The translations under genes and the position numbers were made by a program. A model generated the notes under the pieces. That model was not told the DNA's origin. It saw only the letters and a list, made by a program, of their open reading frames with translations, and did no database searches. This document shows positions 35,946 to 46,560 of a stretch of 54,492 bases of DNA, one piece after another (the stretch's first letter is position 1; the number at the start of each line of letters is the position of its first letter). Source of the DNA: Asterionella formosa (lineage: Eukaryota). The stretch spans positions 1-54,492 of the forward strand of contig NKIB01013636.1 in NCBI GenBank assembly GCA_002256025.1. The letters are read 5' to 3'.

Positions 35946-36619
35946 ATAGTTTGGGATACAATTCAGCATATCGAATTGAATACACGGTATGAGCGCAGCA
36001 TCAGTATACCGGTATGCATGTATGGCCGGTTTTATCATTTTCTGACTACGTGGTACCAGGTACCCTGGTACCGGGGGACCCATCACGAACCACACATGGA
36101 ACAATGAACACCAGCCAACCACCAACAACCACAAAAAAAGTATACTGGTAGATATGCCCGGTAGTACAGTTTACTGATGGGTAGTTACTACCGGTACCAC
36201 CGGTAGTCTACAAATTATCATTATCATGATAATCATTTTACATCCCATATAGTACCGAATACCGGTACACTAAGGAGCATTTTACAATTGTTTATCATCA
36301 TCTTTCGTGTCACATTGCCGATATCAGTCTGGCATCATCACCAAAAAATAGAAAATGATTCAACTTTTGTCATGATTGGCAAATATCTGATGGAATTGAT
36401 CAAATATAAATAATCTTCCATTTACTGTAATTCGTAGAATTCATGGGTCAGTGAGTTGTTCTCTTATCGATCATAGCGACAGAGAGTCGCTAATACTGCA
36501 GGGCAAGTCTTGTAATTAAGATGGGATACAAGGAGAGAATCCTTCTGGCAAGGAGGTTTTCTGCCGGAACAGGACCTGGGATTATTGAATGCTCTGATGG
36601 AAGGCTAAGGGAACGAGGA

Positions 36620-39427
36620 ATGCATTCTTACTTTCATTTCTTTTTCGTTATCTCAGCCTTTGTCGGGTATTCAGCATCGGCGCTTACACCATCCAGGCCG
36701 AATCCATTTAGGTTCGCACAAGGTAGGTCAAGGACGATCCTCCATTATTCGGTCGAGAGTTCGAGCTCAATTTTATCGGAAAAGGATCAACGCTCCTTTC
36801 TCACTGATTGGGCCGGAATAGAGGATCCAGGCTCACGTGTCTGCGCTTCCATTGTACCCGAGGCGCTTGATCCAAAAGAGGGCTCAGAGGACACCACAGT
36901 GCTGCCTCATTCAATTACTCAGCTCAGGAGCATCACGTGTGATGCCCCTGCAGTTCTCCTCAAATCAGGACCGGGAACTGGAAAGACGTATGCCCTTGCC
37001 TCACGAATAGCTCATTTGATTGGTTCGAAGTCGTGTGGACCAGAGCAAATGGTAGTTCTCAGCTTTACAAACCGCGACGCTCGGAATTTAAAGGAGCGCG
37101 CTATCGACATGATGTTTGGAGAATTGTCGTCGTTGGAGACTTCCGGCCTTGCCAAAGACCAGGTAAACGATCGACTCTGGAGTGGTACCATCCATGCATT
37201 TGCTTCTTCTCTCGTGAAAGCCTATGGGATATCTCGTCGTAAGCTTCGTATTATCTCCAACACCGAATCGAGGATGCGAGTTGATAAATGCTTGCATTTC
37301 CTCCTGGATGAAAAGAACTACCAGTCAGACACTGAAAAACTAAGCAAGATTCGTCGTTTTCATAGAGACGCCCTTTCGGAACTTAGACAATCGAGAGGTA
37401 TGGTTATGCATCAGATCGGACGATGCATAGAACTGTGGAAAGAATCATCTATCTTACCGCCTCCTTCAGTTCAAGGCGTCCTTATTGAAAAAGTGTCGGA
37501 ACCCCGGAGCAAGCAAATGCAACTAGAAAATTGCATCAAAGTTGCAATTCGACTGGGAATTAGTAGCAATGTAGCTCAATTGGCTTGGGAAGTGTACCCT
37601 GAGTACCAAAGTATGCACGAAAAGCACGGAACTGCTGATCCATCTGACGTTGCATCCCTTGCCTACCATCTATTGCTGTCAAATCCAAAGAAACTCACAT
37701 CTATCAGAGGAAAGCTGAAACACATGATAATAGACGAGTACCAAGATGTTAGTATCGCACAGCATTCGTTAATTCGACTAATCATTAGAGGTATAGTGGA
37801 CGAAGATGAGACGTATACTGTGCGACCAATATGTGAGGACAGTGTTGTTCCACCTGTTTTGACAGGTCGAAAATCTGGTCCACTCAGGGATGAACAAGAA
37901 TTTTCCTTTAACGTTCCAAAACTTTTTTGTTGCGGAGACGGAAACCAATCTATCTATGGTTGGCGAGGAGCTGCACCCTCTCTAACTGTTGACGGATTTA
38001 GGAAAGATTACCCGCAAGGTATTGTGGTACCGCTCGAAACTAGCTTTCGGCTTTCAGCTGACATGTGGAATACAGTCAATCTTTTGGCTGATTCTGATTA
38101 CTTTAGATCCAATACAGTAGTACAGGCCAAGAGCCCAATGAGCCAGCTCCACCAAAATCAGTTGCTTCGATTGAGTGTTGACCTTCCTCTAGTTGAGACT
38201 TTGTCAATGATCATTGCAGCGGATTCGTCAGCTGATGACTCCGCTACAATGCGTATTCAAGGTGTTTGGGATGCACGCGAAGAAGCCAAGTTTATAGTAA
38301 AAAAAATTCGAAAACGGTCAAAGAGTCGAGTTACAAGGGTCGTCAATGCCCTAAGATCAGCAACTGGTCATAGTAGCGTCGTCCAAACCGTGGCTGATCC
38401 ATCCGATATTGCTATTATTGTTCGATCTAGCAATCAGATGACAATGATAAAGGAGGCCCTTAACTCCGGCGGTGTTCCTTATGTGGTCTATGAAAGCGAG
38501 TCCTATGGACAAAGGCCGAGTCCAGTTTACCCCTCGGGAGAAATAATCCAAGCAAACCAGATGAAGCCAGTTTCCTTGATGTCAATGCACCGAGCAAAAG
38601 GTGAAGAGTTCGACGACGTTTATCTACCGGGGTGGAGCGAAGGGGAATTTCCCCATCCCACTGCCGTTTCTTCAAATCGCGTGGATGAGGAACGACGCCT
38701 TGCCTATGTTTCCATAAGCAGAGCCAGGAGTCATGTCACAATCACTCATTCCTTTGTTCGGAGGGATTTGCATTATGGACCCAATCTTGCTCAGAAGCTC
38801 GTCACTATGCAAATCAGGCCCAGTCGCTTCCTTTACGAATTAGTTCCTGATGCACAGATCTTAGCAAATGACGTAGTGACGAACTCTGGTTATTTGAAGA
38901 AAAATGAAGTGAACCAAAATGTACCAAGTGTGATTTGGAATCGACAAATGGGTTCAAAGGAGTGGATGGCAGGTCATAATTTACCTTCTCACTTCGCTAC
39001 ATCATATTCGGCGCCGAAACATTTTGAACTTCCCAAGACAACCGCACTCAACACTACTTTTCTCGATTGTCAGAGAAGGCAAAATTCTTTTGCAAAAAGC
39101 CGAGCACATCAAATAATCGTTGTGGAAGGCTCTCACACCGGTGAAAACTTATTAAAGGTGATTTATGGCCTCAATCAGGTGTTCAGAGGAGTTCGTGGGG
39201 CTAAAACAAAATACAAAACAGTATTCCGCAGCTATCTTAAAGATTGGTTCAATTTCACTGGGGGTAGTATTACAACTTTCTCTGACGAGTGGACGCTTGA
39301 AGCGTCCAATATCACGAAAGAGGTGTTGGCAAAGGTTATTGCAAAGCGAGCATCTAAGAAGGCATTTAGTCAGTGCACTACCCAGCAACTTGGTCTCTAT
39401 TTGGTTAGCAAGCTATTTGAAGAATAA
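36620..39427 (+). CDS. SF1A UvrD/Rep/PcrA-like DNA helicase, probably plastid-targeted
   Basis: I GPGTGKT; Ia LSFTNRDA; Ib GTIHAF; II IIDEYQD; III GDGNQSIYGWRGA; IV LETSFR; IVa IAIIVRS; V MSMHRAKGEEFDDV; VI EERRLAYVSISRA. M34 (36620) begins a signal-like MHSYFHFFFVISAFVGYSASALTP; an upstream ATG lies at 36521. Confidence 0.9.
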   Translation: MHSYFHFFFVISAFVGYSASALTPSRPNPFRFAQGRSRTILHYSVESSSSILSEKDQRSFLTDWAGIEDPGSRVCASIVPEALDPKEGSEDTTVLPHSITQLRSITCDAPAVLLKSGPGTGKTYALASRIAHLIGSKSCGPEQMVVLSFTNRDARNLKERAIDMMFGELSSLETSGLAKDQVNDRLWSGTIHAFASSLVKAYGISRRKLRIISNTESRMRVDKCLHFLLDEKNYQSDTEKLSKIRRFHRDALSELRQSRGMVMHQIGRCIELWKESSILPPPSVQGVLIEKVSEPRSKQMQLENCIKVAIRLGISSNVAQLAWEVYPEYQSMHEKHGTADPSDVASLAYHLLLSNPKKLTSIRGKLKHMIIDEYQDVSIAQHSLIRLIIRGIVDEDETYTVRPICEDSVVPPVLTGRKSGPLRDEQEFSFNVPKLFCCGDGNQSIYGWRGAAPSLTVDGFRKDYPQGIVVPLETSFRLSADMWNTVNLLADSDYFRSNTVVQAKSPMSQLHQNQLLRLSVDLPLVETLSMIIAADSSADDSATMRIQGVWDAREEAKFIVKKIRKRSKSRVTRVVNALRSATGHSSVVQTVADPSDIAIIVRSSNQMTMIKEALNSGGVPYVVYESESYGQRPSPVYPSGEIIQANQMKPVSLMSMHRAKGEEFDDVYLPGWSEGEFPHPTAVSSNRVDEERRLAYVSISRARSHVTITHSFVRRDLHYGPNLAQKLVTMQIRPSRFLYELVPDAQILANDVVTNSGYLKKNEVNQNVPSVIWNRQMGSKEWMAGHNLPSHFATSYSAPKHFELPKTTALNTTFLDCQRRQNSFAKSRAHQIIVVEGSHTGENLLKVIYGLNQVFRGVRGAKTKYKTVFRSYLKDWFNFTGGSITTFSDEWTLEASNITKEVLAKVIAKRASKKAFSQCTTQQLGLYLVSKLFEE

Positions 39428-39736
39428 CCATTCGTCGGGGAGTGCAATCTCGAAGCTATATATCGAGATAATAGTCATAAAACAAACTATTACACATAAA
39501 TCTGCGAGAAGGGACTGTCTAGATAATCCAGTGCTACAGTGATGATTTTGAATATTTTTCTGCCGTTGATTGTCCGAAAGGTGTGTTTTATGCTGATCAG
39601 AGATGAGAGAAGCAGAAACTGCGGTGACGCACCGTTCAAGGTCACATCACTGTACGAGCGACTCCCAACCATGGAAGATGATGTCGACAATGTGTTGGCC
39701 ATATCATGACTGGTGGATCATGGGATGCCAAGATTC

Positions 39737-42135
39737 TCATGTACACCCACCAATGTGGGGAGACTCCAAAACGTCTATTTCCTTGGTAGTTAGCGGAGGA
39801 GAAGAACAGGCACTACCAGGATGCTTCGGAGCAAGGGACAAGGGAGTCTGTTTGTACAGGTCGGTTGATGCCGTAACACTGTTGGCACCAGCAGTGTTTG
39901 AGTCTTCCCGGGAAGGCAGTTTGACTCCAAGCGCCGCTTGTAAGGCAGGAATATAACCCATAAATTCTTGAACATAAACTGATGAGCTCTGTTTTCGAAG
40001 CAATGGTAGAGGCATGGGTGTAAAACCAGAAGTAGAACAACTACTTGTACTTCGATAAAGGGAAACACAGGGCACTTGATGGTGTCGGGATCCTGGTGAC
40101 GATATCACTGGAGAAGCAAAACGTGGGGTTTCGTGAAACAGAGTCATTCTCACTGATCCGGGGGTCCCACCAGGACGAGGCAAAGCATACAATGGCCGAG
40201 CTGGATTAGCTTCAATTGCTTCGTCAACAAAGGGAGACCACGATGGAACAGTGACCGAGCTCACAGGATCGTATCCCCAAAGTTTTGATCCCGCATCAAC
40301 ACTTTCATTGGTGTACATAAGATCGCCAAAAAACTTGGTAGGAGTCGTAGCCGTTGGGGTTGGGACGTATTCAATATGCATTTGGCTCGCTGGTTTTGTC
40401 ACTGATATAGGGTATCGCCTTATGGATTGAAGTGGCTTTTTATATCCTCCCTCCTGCTTCAAAAGTCGGCGTTTCTTTGTGAGGAAAGCTTCCTTTATTG
40501 TGGCATTCTTTTTTGTTAGATTGATTGCAACGGTTTTCATTCGTCGAGAGGAAGTCATCTTAGCATGGCCTTTGGCATCTTCCATCGCTTTCATACGAAG
40601 TTCCTTCGACCCAGTTAGCGCAGTTAAATCAGCGACAAGGGCTTCATTCGATAAGGCCGCTTTGGGTTTAAGGTGCATCTTAATAGTTGGCTCATCGGTA
40701 TAACGAACAGGAGTAACTCGGGTACGGCCTGACAGAGTCACGATTTGTGGCATTTCTTTTGAAGTTTCTTCGCTGACGTCCAGTTGGTCTTCTTCGGACG
40801 AAGAATAACTTGAACGCCCAGAGTTCTTTCGAGAAACGAGATTCCGGCGTGTTTGCTTTGTGACAGCTGGACGCTTACTGCTGCAAGGTGGTCCATTTCG
40901 GAGGATCGAGCCAAGCTCTTCGGGGCTCCCAATATCCCGATGAAATTGGGGATTGTGGAAAGCTCCCTTGTATTTACCCACCTGCCACTTTGACCAACCA
41001 TACACTAACAAAGCGGAAACGAAGATGTTAGTGCAAGCCGCAAAGGGTTAAGAATAACAAAACGAAAACGTACTGTTTAGCTGTCGTTGGAGAGAAGTGA
41101 ATTTTCCATGCCGAAAATGTTTCTTCAAAATGCGCTCCAACTTCTTGCCCTACGAAAGAAAATATGGAAAAGAGAAGAAACGATCAAAAATATGAAGGGG
41201 GAAGAACGGACTCTCAGAACACTGTACCGTCGGCTTAAGGCAAGAAAAATGCGATATGAACGCATGTTCTCATACTTACTGTGGTCACTTTGATGACGAA
41301 GGCTTCCCCATCTTCAACCCAATCAATGACATCAGGGTGCTTCTTGGCAGTATCTGACACGAGGTCATGAACGGCAACCGGAAAGTATGTTTGATCTAGG
41401 CCGCCTCCAACTTTTTTGGGGGTCTTGGATGTAGAATTGCTTGCGATATTGTACGCTTTCGGAGAGGCGCTAAGATGAGTCAAGGCATCAACAGCCTCAA
41501 GTTCATGAGGAGTGACTGCAATTGAAGGTGCAGAGTACGTTGGAGAAGAATGGGCGCGTGTTCCAGGTGACACTGATTCAGCTTGATTCTGGAAACGTAG
41601 AGTCTTGCCACGACGTCTGGGGAGTACATCGGGGGTGTTCGTGTTGGAATTGCTCTTGACTGGAGCGCGCTCGTTTTCTTTAGAGATGTTTTCGTCGACT
41701 GCAGAATCGGGGGCAAGAGACTTTATCATATTCTTTAGGATCTTGCCGCGCTGCTGGGTGGGTCGCAAGACAGAGATATTAGAGGAGCATGCACCGTCTT
41801 CCATTACCCCCATTACTGTTTCACTCGTTGTATTTTCGGGAGGAGCGGAAAGGAAAGGCATCTGGAAGTGGCACAATTAGGCTAGGGGATGAGAACGAAC
41901 GGATCCTTCAGAAAATTGAAACCAAAACAGCATTGGGGTGCTCCCTCCGAGGGTTTAGTCACCACAAACTTACCTCTTCCTTCAACTCTTCGGCACTGAC
42001 AGGCTCAATTGCACTGTCTTCATTTTTCTTGAGTTGAATCGTCCCAACAAGGCTCGGACTAGTATCTATATTTTCCAAGCATAATTTTGCCGCCATATTC
42101 ACAGCAATCTGAAGTGATGCTCCGTTCTCTCCCAT
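39737..42135 (-). CDS. Heat-shock-factor (HSF)-type transcription factor, 4 exons
   Basis: Spliced HSF domain FPVAVHDLV...VIDWVEDGEAFVI..|GKKLERILKKHFRHGKFTSLQRQLN|MYGWSK...FHNPQFHRD. Exons 42135-41974, 41861-41280, 41149-41074 and 41004-39737, all with GT-AG junctions and in frame. Confidence 0.88.
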
Positions 42136-42858
42136 GGTCTTGATCTTGTTCGCTTTCTTTTCACTCTTGACGGATGGGCGATGGTATCAAATTGAGCAAT
42201 CAGAACACTTTGTGAATTGTTGCAAAGGATCAATGTCAACAAGCACACTGACGGCATTCAATTCAGAAAATGAAACGATTTTTGAGAGGAGGCAGCAGCA
42301 TCTAGGCGAAAGGCGGAAATGCTATGCCGTAAAGAAAGTCATCCATTGACCGCGTTGTTCAATTCAAAATACAGATGGCGGGCTTTTTTATACTGCGTGG
42401 TCTAGCGGACTAACATACCGGTAATAGCTATACTCCCTACTTATTGTCGGGCAAGATAGCTAATCGAACATCGCAGTTCTCATTTCATTCACGACTTACG
42501 CCGAATCACATATTCCAGCTGCATCACTTTTTGTCATAATTGTCATAATTCCACAACATGTAAAATATACTGATAAGCCGATTGAAGAGGTGCCGATCAT
42601 GGCTGGATGAAAGGGCTTGCATCATGCTCAGATCAAATCAAAAACAGCCGATTGATGATTTCGTGTACAAAAAAAGACAAACATTCGATAGATTTATTGT
42701 GAGGATTTTTTTTAACCGGTATATCCCTTTTATATAATTTTTATATACTGGTAGTTTGGTAGATGCTACGAATCTGTAGCTCTCACGGAGTAAAAGTTGC
42801 TAGAAAAAATGTTTCTACACAATTTGTTTGTTTTACAATGTTTGCTAGTACCGGTAGT

Positions 42859-43434
42859 TGCTTTTATAAAAGAGTGAGCTTAATGTAAATGTGAATTTGA
42901 ATGTATAATTTGAACCTTCCGAGCTCATGCATGTTTCAAAATAGAGGTGATCTTCGGAGGCGAGGTTCATTTGTGTTCCCAGCTTGAACTAAGAATAAAC
43001 TACATCCTCTTCCTAAATACACATTTTTCTAATCTTGACCAGCTCTCAACTTAGGCCAGTTGCTGTTTGATCAAAGACTGCTTACAGAATGATCCTGTTA
43101 TTCATAACTAGATCATATCTAGTTTGCTTCTTTAATGTTCCTTGATTTTGCAGACATATCTGTTATTGTCTAGTCAATCATTTATTGATTTGGCCTTGTC
43201 TAGGTTGCTCTGATCGCCTTCTAGAGTCCATGTAAAAGGTAAGAGAGAACTTCTCCTGAAAGTTCCTCTCTAAACTGTGGCATTTTACACGCGATATTTA
43301 ACCATGTGTCCTTGAATAAATCATCTAGTGGATTGGGGTACTACATGTTCCTAATCAGGTCACTAGAGACGAAAATTTATTGACACTCTCATAGTAACCT
43401 GATCTGGAATCAGGAATCTCTACATGTTTCAACT
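42859..43434 (+). repeat. Dispersed ~580-bp repeat, copy B
   Basis: Colinear with 35353-35945, same orientation. Confidence 0.95.
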
Positions 43435-44510
43435 CGTCCTGTATACTTTTGTTAGGCTATATCTTAGCACGACACAAAAACAGACAGATATGAGCTTTTT
43501 TAGTCAGTGCATCAAATTTCATTGTGTCCGTCCTCATTTCCAATCCAATACACAGCGCAAGCGGCCATTGTTCTTTTATGTCTACACCAAAAACATTGGC
43601 TGGAGGACACGCAGAAACTAATCAACAAATAAATGACTTGGAGAAAAAATAATTACCAAGGATCATGTTGGGATCTTTGCCATCTTTGTATTCTTGAACT
43701 TATTTTTTGTTGCAGCCCTACTACTAGCTAGTTGAAGAACTTTCAAAGTATTTTGGGTTCTGGAGGGACTGGAATGAATTTTATATTAGAATGAACATGT
43801 CTAAGTCAAAGGGTAAGGTGATAGAATTGTTATTCCGACATACTAAAAATAGTAAAGAATACATATAATAATACATAAAATGTGAAGGTGGGTTTGTGCC
43901 AGCAAATGAAATGACTGTGTAGGAATAATTCTAGATGAAGGACTTAAAAAGTTCAGGCTAACTATCATGGATTATTGACAATGACAAAGAATATCGATAG
44001 ATAATATTTTTCATAAGACAAACAGTTTTATTTACGACTACAGGTACACATAATATATAAATAAATATATACATATGTATATATATAATCATGATTGCTG
44101 GTACTCCCTCTGGTGGGCGAAAACAATCACGTCAATTCTTAAAATTTCTCTGGGGCCATTTTAATTCCTACAATTTTCTCCGGCTTGATTACCCTAATGT
44201 GTACCTTGCGCTTAGCAATAGGCAGTCCATGTAAATTGACAACTACTTTTCAAACAAAATTTCGGTTTTGTCGATTTTCACTCACTCATGGCCATCTCAG
44301 GCAAAATGCAGATGCATCTAAGCCGCGTATTACATGAAGTGACCATCAAGTAAAAAAGCCTAGCTGATTTTGAATGGATCACATGAATTAGTTGAATACA
44401 TCAAAATGCTTACTTGAATATATCTATATATTATCTAAATACATCACGTTAATTATTTGATCAGAGTATCATGCATGCATTCCTGATCATCACTATACAA
44501 CGTGATCACC

Positions 44511-44680
44511 TTCACATAATTATTTGAAATACTTCACGTAATTATTTGAAATCCTTCATGTAATTATTTGAAATACTTCACTTAATTCTGTAATTTATTT
44601 CACATTGCCTTATAATTTTGTTCACGTAATTCTATAATATAGTTCACGTACTAATGTATTAAATTTGTTTACGTAATTTA
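44511..44680 (+). repeat. 22-bp tandem array (about 8 degenerate units, TTCACGTAATTATTTGAAATAC)
   Basis: Units start TTCAC/TTCAT every 22 nt from 44511. Confidence 0.85.
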
Positions 44681-46008
44681 AAAGTACAATCAAATATGTT
44701 GATTTCTAATTCAACTGCCGGTATTTCACATTACATGTGAAACAAATCTCGATATGCAATCAAACAAAGCAGTTCTTTCAGCACGGTATCTTCAGTCTTG
44801 AGAAGGCAGGCATTATGAGACGGGGCCGTCTGTAAGGACAATGCAAGACAAACAGACACCGTTCATTCTGAATGAAAAAATTATTCATTCTTGAAAAAGG
44901 CATCATGGTGCGAAATCGCAACAGGAATGTATCACACTGGCTTCCTCCTTGTCCTTGAAATGATTTCTTCATTGACCTGCAAAGATTAACATAACAACAG
45001 TGTGTCAGTAATTCATTCAATAGAACTAGCAACAGCAGAAAGCAACACACACATGTGCTATTCAACTGTTTAACGGTGCAGTCAAATTGACAGCAAGACA
45101 CCGGCATTAGCCAGCCACCAGGCAGCACCGCAACTCACTGATGCATTCAAAAGAATGCTCCTATTGTGTAATGGACGGCTAAAATGTAAAATGAATGTAG
45201 AGAACAATAATAGAACCACGTGATTTATCGCTCGCTTTGCTGATGTGATGACAAAAACTGAGGATTAAGCTTACCTTAGTAAAATCTTCCATTGCGGGTC
45301 TCCATATTGCATCATTTCACCTTCTATCACTCCTGCTTTCAAAAGAACACTTCTTTTCTGAAAAGGCCTCTTCAAATGTCAAATGAATGTTGAGAGCAGC
45401 AGCATATCATTATGAATTATCACTCGCTTGGTGATACTATGATAGCAAAAATAGCAAGCAAATAAATCTTAACTTAAAAGCATCCATTGCAGACCATCTC
45501 AATGTTGCATCATTCCACCTTTTGTTGTTGGTGCAACAAACCATATGTGATCTAATAAAAGATTTGTTTGTAGTAAGTCAGCTGAAAATCTGGAAGGGGG
45601 ATGCTAGTTGTAAGGTTCTTCCCAATGTTGAAAATAAATTGTTCACAGCGGTGTTGAATGTTGGTGTTTTTATGAATTCAGATGGTCAAAAATCCTGGCG
45701 CAGCCATGACTTCCTCTTTGTACCAACAGAACCTACAATCTACACGAAAAAATCTGGCGCAGTCTTGCTAAGAACAATTTCGTCGGGACAAATTTCTGAG
45801 GCTAAAAGTGTGACTTGAACAAATATGACAAGAGGGAGAGGACACAGCCAATAGTTACTCCTAATTGCACATGCACTGAATGATCTACCATTAGCCTCGT
45901 CCTACTAGCTAAAATAAAAAAATAAGCCTTGATTTTATATTGAAAACAATCAACTGATGAGTTAACCAATTCACTTGCATGATGAAATTTTAATCTGTTG
46001 TGTCTTCC

Positions 46009-46560
46009 TCAATTCTGTGTGATTCGTAGTACATTCAGAGCATTGTAGCAACTGCGTGGCAACCCATCGGTCCCATGCTTGTTCCGCCTATAAAGAGCTC
46101 TTGGATCGCTCCCTCGAGTGTCATTGACTCCATATGACGTTTTTCTCCTTCTCAGTTCATCTTCTAGAATGGCTTCTCTTACTGAAATCACTCCATCTGG
46201 CCCTAATCGGTTTCCAGTCAAATACAGTTTGGTCACAGCGCACCCTCTCCTGATCCCATCAGCCAACGCCATGGCGCCTTTTTCCCGCATGTGATTCCCT
46301 GCCAAGTAGAGCGTATGCAAGGCAGATCCAAACAAAGCACGTGCCTATGATCTAATCCCATCATCGCCGACTTGGTTGAATCCAAGATCCAATGATCTCA
46401 AAGCGCGGTGTGCTGAAATCCCGACAGCCAACGTATTAAAACATACCTTCGTTGCCCAAGTTGTTTTAGTAACCTGGTTTGAGAATGGAAAGATTTGAAT
46501 TCTGCAGCAGGGCCACTTTGACTAAGCGTGCGCCTGATGACTGCAATCCTCGCTGTGATA
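46009..46560 (-). pseudogene. RNI-like leucine-rich-repeat gene fragment
   Basis: RGLQSSGARLVKVALLQNSNLSILKPGY*NNLGNEG /frameshift/ ALRSLDLGFNQVGDDGIRS*ARALFGSALHTLYLAGNHMREKGAMALADGIR..VTKLYLTGNRLGPDGV. Confidence 0.8.

Noticed and set aside
42431..42792. Possible Stowaway-like MITE (TACTCCCT...ACGGAGTA)
   Set aside because: Inverted match is only about 6-7 bp.
44511..44680. CRISPR-like array
   Set aside because: Contiguous tandem units without unique spacers, no cas genes, and a eukaryotic context.
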